NCBI RefSeq assembly: GCF_002165625.1
Contig: NZ_NGNS01000024.1
Location: 27,869 to 51,868, forward strand
Direction: 5' to 3'
Source: Neiella marina
Lineage (GTDB): Bacteria; Pseudomonadota; Gammaproteobacteria; Enterobacterales; Neiellaceae
Length of the DNA stretch: 24,000 nucleotides
Under the pieces are notes generated by a model that worked only from the letters and a program-made list of their open reading frames with translations, ran no database searches and was not told the DNA's origin. Shown here piece by piece: positions 16,512-24,000 of this stretch. Position 1 is the stretch's first letter. Every line of letters begins with the position of its first letter. The translations under genes were made by a program, and so were the position numbers.

Positions 16512-16725
16512 TGCAGCCCCCTTGCCATCAACTGATGCACCTTCATATTATGAAAACCATTGGCAAAGTAAATAGCAGCTTTGGCTAAAGCTGATTCAGC
16601 GTAAGATTTGTCATCGCAGCAGTCCTTGTTGGGATATGGCTGGCCAATAACGAGCGATGTTGTGACTGTTAATAACTGCCTAATCGACCTTCAGTGTCAT
16701 CAATTGTTACCGTTATCATAATAAT

Positions 16726-16739
16726 GTGATTGTAATCAA
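16726..16739. promoter_or_regulatory. FNR/CRP-family-like box GTGAT-tgta-ATCAA upstream of the GH26-like gene
   Basis: 9/10 match to TTGAT-N4-ATCAA. A TACACT -10-like hexamer at 16761..16766 sits 21 bp downstream, roughly a class II position. Confidence 0.35.
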
Positions 16740-16808
16740 GGTTCAGCTGATACTGATTGCTACACTGCCGGCAGTCCATTGTTGCAAAGTCCCTCGAAAG
16801 GTCACTCT

Positions 16809-17978
16809 ATGAATACCATGCTCCGTTTGGCTCTCGCTTTAGCGCCACTGTTCGTAGTGTTGCTTGGTGGCTGTCAGCCGCAAGTCAAAGAAAACCAAAC
16901 TTCAGCCCCAACGCCGGTGGTGACGAACAAACCTGATCTGCTGGCAAAACTGAAGGGGCAACCATTACTACTATTTATTGGTCAAGATGTCGCAACCATC
17001 GATGCCTACAAAGCATCGGGTTTGTTTGTGGAGCCTGCTGGGGTGGTGACCTATACCAATGCCTACAACAGTCATGGTTTAGCAAATGACGCTGATTGGG
17101 GGGCCGGACCGGTGAACGGTGTTACGACCCACAAGCGCTCACCAAATTCGGCATTGATGATCGGCCTCGCAATGATGGAAAGTGAAGCATACAAGGGGGC
17201 GGTCGCAGATATTGCAACGGGCAAGTTCGATGACAACTTGAAGCAATTTGCGGCGGTGATTCGTGACATGAAAGTGCCGGTGTTCGTGCGTATCGGCCAT
17301 GAATTCGAAGGCCCTTGGTATGGTTATGAACCAGAGAGTTATAAAGCGGCATATCGGCACATTGTTGAGGTAATGCGACCCCTTGCCCCCAATTTCATTA
17401 GTGTTTGGCATTCGGTCGCTTACAGTGAAGAACACAAACCCGCCAACGTGTTGCAGGCCGAGTGGCGTAAGTGGTATCCCGGCGATGATGTTGTTGACTG
17501 GACGGGTATCACTTGGTTTAACGCTGACAACGAACCTGTGGCACAAGCGTTTGTTGATTTGTCGCGAAAACTGAATAAGCCGTTGATGATGGCTGAGACT
17601 GCGCCGATGGGCTATGACTTAGGGCGGGGAACGCTAGGTCATGTGGTCAATGGTGACGATTTTAAAGCGGGCGATGTCATTAAGAACATCAATGGTGATG
17701 AAATTTGGCAAGCTTGGTTTGAGCCAACGCTGGCATTCATCGAAAAGAACCGCGATGTTATCTACTCCCTTTGCTACATCAACACGCACTGGGATTTACA
17801 GCCGATGTGGCGAGCAGATACCGAAACAGGTCAGTATCAAGGACTCTATTGGGGCGATTCCCGCGCCGAAGCAAACTCACAAATCGCCGCTCGTTGGGCG
17901 GCAGAAATCAAGACCGACAAATGGCTACAAGTTCCGTTAACTGATTGGCACGCTTGGATGCCAATGCACGGCAACTAA
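16809..17978 (+). CDS. lipoprotein, glycoside hydrolase family 26-like (beta-mannanase-like TIM barrel)
   Basis: From the ATG at 16809: MNTMLRLALALAPLFVVLLGGC lipobox. VRIGHEFEGPWYGY resembles the GH26 acid/base motif (R.HE.NG.WFWWG). MMAETAP is a candidate nucleophile strand. AAAGG SD. The TTG at 16779 in the track looks like an extension. Confidence 0.6.
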   Translation: MNTMLRLALALAPLFVVLLGGCQPQVKENQTSAPTPVVTNKPDLLAKLKGQPLLLFIGQDVATIDAYKASGLFVEPAGVVTYTNAYNSHGLANDADWGAGPVNGVTTHKRSPNSALMIGLAMMESEAYKGAVADIATGKFDDNLKQFAAVIRDMKVPVFVRIGHEFEGPWYGYEPESYKAAYRHIVEVMRPLAPNFISVWHSVAYSEEHKPANVLQAEWRKWYPGDDVVDWTGITWFNADNEPVAQAFVDLSRKLNKPLMMAETAPMGYDLGRGTLGHVVNGDDFKAGDVIKNINGDEIWQAWFEPTLAFIEKNRDVIYSLCYINTHWDLQPMWRADTETGQYQGLYWGDSRAEANSQIAARWAAEIKTDKWLQVPLTDWHAWMPMHGN

Positions 17979-18213
17979 TTCGCTGACTGATTCCTCCATG
18001 TAACCGCCGTATTCTGCGGCGGTGCTCCCGATTATTGCTGCCTAGCTAAATTCATCGGAGGTCAACCTTGAGGCCTCGCTGAGCTGTGCTACTTTCTTAG
18101 GGCAACTATTAATCGTGGTTACTCCATTTCTTCGTTGTTTTGAGCCCGCAATGGATGCGGCGGATGGTCTTTTGTTGCTGAGTAACCAATTGTTTGCCAT
18201 GGATCTGGACACT

Positions 18214-18654
18214 ATGTCACTAAAATATCGTATTAATGCCCCTGTTTCCGTTGGGCAGTTTCTTCATGTTCTCCATCAATCTGGGTTAGCCAGTAGGCGG
18301 CCTGTCAACGATCTTGAATGCCTCAAAGGAATGCTTCAAAACAGCAATTTGATTATCACCGCTTGGGATCAAGATGAGCTCATCGGCATCGCTCGTTCGA
18401 TGACCGACTTTCACCACGCCTGCTACTTGTCAGACTTGGCTGTTAGCCAAGCTTATCAAGGTCTTTCGGTGGGCTTTAATCTGCAGGTACTCACCCAGCA
18501 ACAGTTGGGAGAGCACTGTAAATTGATCTTGTTGTCGGCACCAAACTCCAACGAGTATTACCCCAAACTTGGTTATCAAGCGCACGATCGGTGCTGGGTG
18601 TTGTCGCGAGATGAAGTGTTGAGTAAGCGCGCTTACAGTAATGCCATGTCTTGA
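18214..18654 (+). CDS. GNAT family N-acetyltransferase
   Basis: About 146 aa from the ATG at 18214 (MSLKYRI...). The IGIARSMTD....YLSDLAV...YQG..VG core and C-terminal YYPKLGY are typical GNAT. The start is uncertain (also ATG 18199, GTG 18115). Confidence 0.7.
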   Translation: MSLKYRINAPVSVGQFLHVLHQSGLASRRPVNDLECLKGMLQNSNLIITAWDQDELIGIARSMTDFHHACYLSDLAVSQAYQGLSVGFNLQVLTQQQLGEHCKLILLSAPNSNEYYPKLGYQAHDRCWVLSRDEVLSKRAYSNAMS

Positions 18655-20381
18655 TAGCAACAGATTTGGTCTCTCCCCAACTTCTTTGCTTGATACAGCG
18701 CCGAATCGGCTGCTGTTACCAGTTCTTGCACCTGGCTCATCTCGGGGCTCAAGCTGGCGACACCCGCACTAAGTGTGATCGGTTGTTGCGCCGGACAATG
18801 ACAGTGGATTTGTTTTAACAGCCGTTCGGTCATGGCGACCGCTTCATGTTCTTTGGTGCGCGGCACAATAATGGCAAACTCTTCACCACCAAAGCGGCAT
18901 ACCATCGCTGGTTGACGGATGTGGTAGAGCAATTGTCTGCCGAGCTCGCGCAGCACATCGTCACCGGCGCTATGCCCGTATTCGTCGTTTACTTTCTTGA
19001 ACCAATCAATATCCAACATGACCATCGACAGCGCTTGTTTACGTTGCTTTGCACGACGGAACTCGTCGCCAATCCGCTCATCGAATTGGCGCCGGTTTAA
19101 CAAATTGGTCAACGGGTCAATCTCAGACTTGAGCTTGAAGGTGTTGATTCTGCTGCCCAGTGCTAGAGAGAGCAGTACCATTTCAACTAACGCGCCAATT
19201 TGAAAGGCATTCTGGGTAAAGCCGTTGTGTGGTAGGTAACCGAAGCTCTTCGCCATGTAGATCAGTACGCCAATGAGCAACGCTAGCCAAGCGAGCATAA
19301 AGTATCGGGCGATCGGGTGGCGTTTAAATAGCGCCCAGCTACCCATTACTAAAATAAGCCCGGTAACTACTGTGGTTAGTGTTGCTTGGATGAGTACCAT
19401 CATATCGTAGGGCAGCAGAATACAGCCAACGAGCGCCAGGCTGCAGGCCGTCGCTAGCCATTCGGAACTTCGATCAAGCCATATCGAAAAGGATCGCATT
19501 TGCAGAATATGGCGGCTGAACTTCAAGGCAAATACTAATGTTAGGGCAAGCAGTACCAGTAGACTTTGATTGGCGAGAGCGGGAGAGTCGGGCCACAAAA
19601 ATTGAAATGTCAGACCGTTGTGAGTGGCCATGTAAAGTCCATAGCTCACTACATAAGCCAAGTAGTAAAACAGCGCACGATCAATAATTGTCAGAAACAG
19701 TAGTAAGTTATAAATCACCAATACGGCAAATCCACCGTAGTAGAGGCCATAGGCTAGTTGCTCGACAGCAATGGTTTCAAGCAATGGCAGGATCGGGGCC
19801 AACCATAAGCCGATATTCAATGAACCTTGAGTTTGATAGCGAAATAGATAGGTTTTTGTTTCGCCGCCCGCTAGAGATATCGGGAAGATAAAATCGCGAT
19901 GTTTGACAAGTCGTGAATCGAACGGCGTGAAGTCACCGGTTATGCTCAGCGGAATTGGCTGCAATTGGGTCAGCTGCCAAACCGACAAGTGGTCAATGAG
20001 TGGATAATCTTGCCGAAAGACCAATTGCCGTTGTTTTGATTCATTGTTCTGAACCGTGACACGGACCCACCAAGCCGATTTGCTAAAACCAAAGTTCGCT
20101 GATTGTTGTTGCCACGGCTCAAAGTCATTGCGTTTGACGACGTCATTGACGGTGAGCACGCCGCTGACATCCTCATACAGCTCTGCGACCGGCAATATAT
20201 TGGTTACGGTCGTTACATCCAAGGTGGCGATCGCTGGGGCAATTTCGGCGACTGCTAACTCGCTACGTTTAGCATTTTGGCTACTGACAAACAGCAAAGA
20301 GATGACCACGACCACAAGCGCAATGACGGGCAACCAGGACACAGCTCCTCGACTTGAAGGCTGAGCTAAATCAGTGAACAC
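18633..20381 (-). CDS. diguanylate cyclase with 7TMR-DISM extracellular and 7-TM sensor module (GGEEF)
   Basis: 582 aa. N-terminal TM helix plus a periplasmic domain, then seven hydrophobic helices, then a GGDEF domain (DPLT.L.NRR.F, RFGGEEFAII). GTG start with AAAGG SD 7 nt upstream. The I-site position reads RQPA instead of RxxD. Confidence 0.88.
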   Translation of the reverse strand: MFTDLAQPSSRGAVSWLPVIALVVVVISLLFVSSQNAKRSELAVAEIAPAIATLDVTTVTNILPVAELYEDVSGVLTVNDVVKRNDFEPWQQQSANFGFSKSAWWVRVTVQNNESKQRQLVFRQDYPLIDHLSVWQLTQLQPIPLSITGDFTPFDSRLVKHRDFIFPISLAGGETKTYLFRYQTQGSLNIGLWLAPILPLLETIAVEQLAYGLYYGGFAVLVIYNLLLFLTIIDRALFYYLAYVVSYGLYMATHNGLTFQFLWPDSPALANQSLLVLLALTLVFALKFSRHILQMRSFSIWLDRSSEWLATACSLALVGCILLPYDMMVLIQATLTTVVTGLILVMGSWALFKRHPIARYFMLAWLALLIGVLIYMAKSFGYLPHNGFTQNAFQIGALVEMVLLSLALGSRINTFKLKSEIDPLTNLLNRRQFDERIGDEFRRAKQRKQALSMVMLDIDWFKKVNDEYGHSAGDDVLRELGRQLLYHIRQPAMVCRFGGEEFAIIVPRTKEHEAVAMTERLLKQIHCHCPAQQPITLSAGVASLSPEMSQVQELVTAADSALYQAKKLGRDQICCYQDMALL

Positions 20382-20554
20382 AGTACGACCTTTAATGTGA
20401 ATAATTCTTGTTATCGAGGTCGATTGTTACGTTATGAGACGGCGCGGTTCAAGGGCTTTGTTGCAATTGTGTTAACGTTATCCTTACTGTCATTTTGACC
20501 GTAACTCAATACTTTTTAGTTAATGCTCTGTTTTTGTTGATAATGTATTGGCGA

Positions 20555-21151
20555 TTAGGATTTGCCTGCTGCATCGGCAGTAATCACAGCTTTGACCAGT
20601 TGTTGCGTCAACGCTGACAACAATTCGTTGTGAACCCGGACAAGGTCGTCGTAATCACTGGTTGTGGTTGGAATCTGTTGATTGAACAGTCCCTGAGCGA
20701 CAACCAAATGGTCAACTCGGTTGTACAGCTGCCAACTGGCCGTTAGCCGAACCTGTCCGCCTAACTCACCATCAAAATGCAGCACTTCGACCATCAATTG
20801 ATGGCTACTGGTATTCGCAATCGGCAAGGCTTGAGAGAAATCACTGAGTTGGGCATTCGGTAGTTGCTGTTGCAACGATTGGCGGATAATTACTGGCAAT
20901 TGTTGCGGTAGTGCTGAAGCCCAAAGTTGAGCGCTGGAATAATTCAGTTCATGGGCTGAACGGCGATCGATAATGCCTCGGCGCTGCAGGTGGTTGGCAA
21001 CTTGGACGGGGCCGACAACGAGCGCCATATCGACGCTGTTATCGCTTGCCGAAGACGTCATTGGGTTAAGTAAGTAATAGCGAGTTGGCGCACTGGAAGA
21101 ACTGCATGCGACCAGTTGAATGACGGCGATCAAACAGATAATTAAGCGCAT
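20555..21151 (-). CDS. ABC-type transport auxiliary lipoprotein (DUF330 / PqiC-YmbA-like)
   Basis: MRLIICLIAVIQLVAC lipobox followed by ..TRYYLL, typical of the family. 3 nt after the MCE gene. Confidence 0.75.
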   Translation of the reverse strand: MRLIICLIAVIQLVACSSSSAPTRYYLLNPMTSSASDNSVDMALVVGPVQVANHLQRRGIIDRRSAHELNYSSAQLWASALPQQLPVIIRQSLQQQLPNAQLSDFSQALPIANTSSHQLMVEVLHFDGELGGQVRLTASWQLYNRVDHLVVAQGLFNQQIPTTTSDYDDLVRVHNELLSALTQQLVKAVITADAAGKS

Positions 21152-21154
21152 GGG

Positions 21155-22150
21155 TTACTCCGATTTTCCGAATATCATCGATTCAGGTTGCCGCTGCAGA
21201 TTCTCAAGTAATTCATTCATTGATTGCAGCGTTTGATTCATTTGATTGAGGTTTTGCTGGGCTTGGTAGCGCAGATTGGATTCCGAGTTTGCTAGCCCAT
21301 CATAGGTTTTCAACGTTGCCTCTGTTTGCGCTAGGGTTTGATTGAGTTGGCTGAGGGTCTGTTCGACCTGCGGCATCAATTCAATACCGCGATTACTGAA
21401 TTGTCGGAAGCGTTCGGAAGACGCTTTGACTGACGCCATGCTGGCGTGAAATTTGGCCACCGTTTGGGGAAATTCAGCATTAAGGTTTTTTAGCAGTATT
21501 GTCACTTCTCGGCTTGCGGTAGCCATTTCTTCACGGAATGTAAGCAACGACTCGGATTCCAGCTGCTGGTTGATATTGTTGACTAAACGCCGCAGGTCGG
21601 TGCCAATCGCTGCAAAATCAACGGCACTAATATCTTGCAGGATACCCTCAATGGCAGCTCCTGCCTCATCAAACTGGGAGGGTAGCAAAGGGAGTTGGGT
21701 GACATCTGTTTGAACCCTGATGGTCCGCCCGACTTGCGCTTGATTCACTTCCAGTTCAATTTCGAGCTGGCCGGTGACCAAACTGCGAGGAACCAAGCGG
21801 GCCTGAATGTTGTTGATGATGGCATCGTGTTCTTCGGTCATGGTCAACGCCACGCCGCGCGATGTTTTCAAGCCAATGTCTTTAACCTCTAGGTATACCG
21901 GCAAGACAATTTTCTGCAGCGATTCTGAGTACACCACTTGGATCTCAACAACTTGACCAATCGGTACCCCCTGAGCAGTGACTGTGGAGCCAATATTCAA
22001 GCCTTTAATTGAGCGGTCGAATACCACCACGAAGCGATCAGTTTTTTTGAACAACGAGCCGGAGCTAAGCAGCGCGACGCCGACAACGAGCACTAGCAGT
22101 GCTGTTGATACGAAGATGCCGATAGAGCGGGCTTTGGCATGTTCATTCAT
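21155..22150 (-). CDS. MlaD/MCE-domain protein with long C-terminal coiled-coil-like Q/N/L-rich region
   Basis: N-terminal TM anchor. MCE core ...GLNIGSTVTAQGVPIGQVVEI... 4-nt overlap with the ATPase gene. Confidence 0.85.
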   Translation of the reverse strand: MNEHAKARSIGIFVSTALLVLVVGVALLSSGSLFKKTDRFVVVFDRSIKGLNIGSTVTAQGVPIGQVVEIQVVYSESLQKIVLPVYLEVKDIGLKTSRGVALTMTEEHDAIINNIQARLVPRSLVTGQLEIELEVNQAQVGRTIRVQTDVTQLPLLPSQFDEAGAAIEGILQDISAVDFAAIGTDLRRLVNNINQQLESESLLTFREEMATASREVTILLKNLNAEFPQTVAKFHASMASVKASSERFRQFSNRGIELMPQVEQTLSQLNQTLAQTEATLKTYDGLANSESNLRYQAQQNLNQMNQTLQSMNELLENLQRQPESMIFGKSE

Positions 22151-22926
22151 GAGGTTGACGTCTCCTTTGGTGAGGTGCGCTCGCCACGGGTTAGGAAGCG
22201 TTGAATTTTAGGGTCTTCACAATGTGCCAATAGCTGCTTGGGGTCGCCAGTTGCAATTTGTGTTTTGGTTTCTGGATCGAGGAATACAGAGTTATTGCCA
22301 ATGGCAAAGATACTCGCCAGTTCGTGAGTCACGATAACAACCGTGGCGCCAAGGCTGTCTCTTAACTCTAGAATTAAATCATCCAATAGTCTGGCGCTAA
22401 CCGGATCTAACCCAGCAGAAGGCTCATCAAAAAACAGCACTTCTGGGTCTAAGGCAATGGCGCGGGCTAATGAAGCGCGCTTTCTCATCCCGCCACTAAT
22501 TTCCGACGGCATGAAATGCTGATATGGCTCTAGGCCAACGAGCGCGAGTTTGTAGCGGACCAGATCATCGATTTCGGCAGCGCTTAATTGGGTAAATTGC
22601 TGCAAGGGCAAAGCGACGTTTTCGCCCAGTGTTAGCGAGCTAAGCAAAGCGCCTGCTTGGTAAGTAATGCCAAACCGACGCAATAGTTCGCGCTGCTGCT
22701 GGGTACTGACCTGCCACAAGCTTTGACCGCTAAAAAGCACTTCACCCTGGGCGGGCCGATTGAGGCCAATTAAATGCTTCATCAGGGTGCTTTTCCCGCA
22801 ACCACTGCCACCCATAATGACGAAGATGTCACCGCGTTTGATGGCGAAAGATAAGTCGCGCTGAACCACCAAACTGCCATAGGCCATGGTCAAGTTATTG
22901 ACTTCAATGTGAGTTGCTTGGGTCAT
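22147..22926 (-). CDS. ABC transporter ATP-binding protein (MlaF-like)
   Basis: Walker A GGSGCGKST, signature ISGGMRKRASLARA, Walker B VLFFDEPSAGLD. 4-nt overlaps with both neighbouring genes. Confidence 0.92.
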   Translation of the reverse strand: MTQATHIEVNNLTMAYGSLVVQRDLSFAIKRGDIFVIMGGSGCGKSTLMKHLIGLNRPAQGEVLFSGQSLWQVSTQQQRELLRRFGITYQAGALLSSLTLGENVALPLQQFTQLSAAEIDDLVRYKLALVGLEPYQHFMPSEISGGMRKRASLARAIALDPEVLFFDEPSAGLDPVSARLLDDLILELRDSLGATVVIVTHELASIFAIGNNSVFLDPETKTQIATGDPKQLLAHCEDPKIQRFLTRGERTSPKETSTS

Positions 22927-24000
22927 AGGCCGAGTACCGTCAGCAGGACTGTCACCAGCGAGTCGACTACGATGATGGCGACGATGGAATGAACCACGGC
23001 CAATGTCGTTGCTTTACCAACTGCTGTTGCACTGCGACCACAGTTCAAACCATGGATACAACCAGCCATAACAATGACGACGGCAAACAGAATCGATTTC
23101 ACTAGACCGATGGCGTAGTGATACAAGGCCACGGTGTCTGACATTTGTTTGATGTAAAGTTGCCAGCTGATATCGAGCATTAACGACGAGACCAAAGCGC
23201 CGCCTAGGATGCCCATGGCAATGGAGAAGACGGTGAGCAGCGGTAGCATGATTAACATGGCCGTGACCCGCGGCAACACCAGAAATTCAACATCAGACAG
23301 GCCCATGGTTTTGAGCGCGTCAATCTCTTCATTGACTTGCATGCTGCCAATTTGCGCAGCATAGGCGGCGCCAGTTCGGCCGGCCATAATGATGGCGGTC
23401 ATCATCGCGCCCATTTCCCGGCCCATACCCAAGCCGACCAAGCTCGCAACATAGATTTCGGCGCCAAATTGGCGCAACTGAACGGCACCGACGAACGCCA
23501 GTATGACACCAACAAGTAAACTGATCAGAGCGACAATTTTAAACGAGCCAGGGCCTGCATCGAGCATAAATAACCGCACGTCTTCGGCTCGATAACGTGC
23601 TTGACCTTTGAGCAATCGCCAAATGGCCATGGTCAGGTGGCCGAGAAAATCGAGGGTAAAGTCAAACCGTCGAAAGGCTCGGCGGGTACGAATACCGATT
23701 CGTTCGAAAAACGGCAGTTGCGGGGATTCTTCGGTGGTGACCTGACGCCGTGGATAACTATCGGCTAGGTTGAGCAGCCGAGTGACGCCTTGTGGCAGCT
23801 CATTGAGTTCAAGTGCAATATTGAGTTCGTCAGTTAATGCTTTGAGTTCGCGTAGAGCGGCCATCAACGATGAATCCCAGCGGCCAAGCTGCTGGCCATC
23901 AACAGTTACACTGCGCCAAGTTGACTTGGGATTAAGCTGCTGGCGAAGTTGCTCTTTGCTCAATAGGCCATCTTCTAGGCGCCAATCGCCCTGCAGGGAC
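22923..24000 (-). CDS. MlaE-family ABC permease with N-terminal extension (possibly STAS/MlaB-like); 5' end lies beyond the window
   Basis: The C-terminal 250 aa or so is a typical MlaE core (FGAEIYVA..VG....RE.GA..TAI..AGR.G.A..A.IG.M..NEEIDAL..MG). The frame stays open upstream of the TTG at 23963 to the window edge (...SLQGDWRLEDGL), so the gene is probably partial here. Confidence 0.85.
   Translation of the reverse strand, partial: SLQGDWRLEDGLLSKEQLRQQLNPKSTWRSVTVDGQQLGRWDSSLMAALRELKALTDELNIALELNELPQGVTRLLNLADSYPRRQVTTEESPQLPFFERIGIRTRRAFRRFDFTLDFLGHLTMAIWRLLKGQARYRAEDVRLFMLDAGPGSFKIVALISLLVGVILAFVGAVQLRQFGAEIYVASLVGLGMGREMGAMMTAIIMAGRTGAAYAAQIGSMQVNEEIDALKTMGLSDVEFLVLPRVTAMLIMLPLLTVFSIAMGILGGALVSSLMLDISWQLYIKQMSDTVALYHYAIGLVKSILFAVVIVMAGCIHGLNCGRSATAVGKATTLAVVHSIVAIIVVDSLVTVLLTVLGL

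Noticed and set aside
17072-17940. ORFs 17072..17269(-), 17122..17352(-), 17139..17546(-), 17383..17574(+) and 17641..17940(+) within the GH26-like gene
   Set aside because: All are off-frame or antisense to a 389-aa ORF that has a lipobox and catalytic-motif support. Their translations are low-complexity or Cys/Arg-rich.
289-18213. N-terminal extensions in the ORF track (TTG 289 for yihY, GTG 2369 for yiiD, GTG 15016 for the dehydrogenase, TTG 16779 for the lipoprotein, GTG 18115 for the GNAT)
   Set aside because: In each case an internal ATG with a better SD gives an N-terminus matching the homolog or a clean signal peptide or lipobox. The extensions add non-homologous residues.
1-24000. 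Search for CRISPR arrays, tRNA/rRNA genes, IS elements, integrases, and phage, defence-island or toxin-antitoxin modules
   Set aside because: I saw no regularly spaced direct repeats, no cloverleaf-like GC-rich segments in the intergenic gaps, and no transposase, integrase, nuclease or ATPase defence-type ORFs. All large ORFs are accounted for by housekeeping, respiratory, envelope or signalling functions. This was a by-eye scan, so a short or degenerate element could have been missed.

Overview
Chromosomal window from a gammaproteobacterium. It looks Vibrionaceae-like with mid-range GC, but the taxon is my inference from protein similarity and synteny to E. coli genes, not a search result. 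Most of it is compact core genome. On the + side are yihY-dtd, an inserted SAM-methyltransferase on the opposite strand, then yiiD/fabY-like. On the - strand is the stringent-response/recombination block gmk-rpoZ-spoT-ridA-trmH-recG. The accessory part holds: a GbsR-type regulator co-oriented with a short-form (CIO-like) cytochrome bd oxidase (cioAB-like); a YliI-type PQQ sugar dehydrogenase; a small STAS-like hypothetical; a GH26-like lipoprotein; a GNAT; a 7TMR-DISM diguanylate cyclase; and a 4-gene MCE/Mla-like ABC transporter that runs off the right edge. I found no rRNA, tRNA, CRISPR array, transposase or integrase. The most unusual item is the 758-bp AT-rich gap between 4132 and 4889. 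It contains two tandem mini-genes, each with its own promoter and terminator, encoding a 29-aa arginine-rich peptide. They fall below the 60-aa cut-off of the supplied ORF track. The two peptides are 28/29 identical, and 11 of the 12 nucleotide differences between the ORFs are synonymous, which argues for selection on the protein. Both copies keep the same upstream TGTGA-N6-TCAAA dyad, an AGGAGA ribosome-binding site and an intrinsic terminator. Other points worth a look: two perfect, almost identical FNR boxes (TTGAT-N4-ATCAA), one before the gbsR-cioAB operon and one in the gmk upstream region; an orphan unit between gmk and cioB with a consensus TATAAT, structured sequence and a bidirectional terminator; and a strong intrinsic terminator just upstream of trmH (53 nt before its ATG), apparently leaving too little room for a full promoter. 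All functional calls rest on my reading of motifs and remembered homologs. No database search was run.
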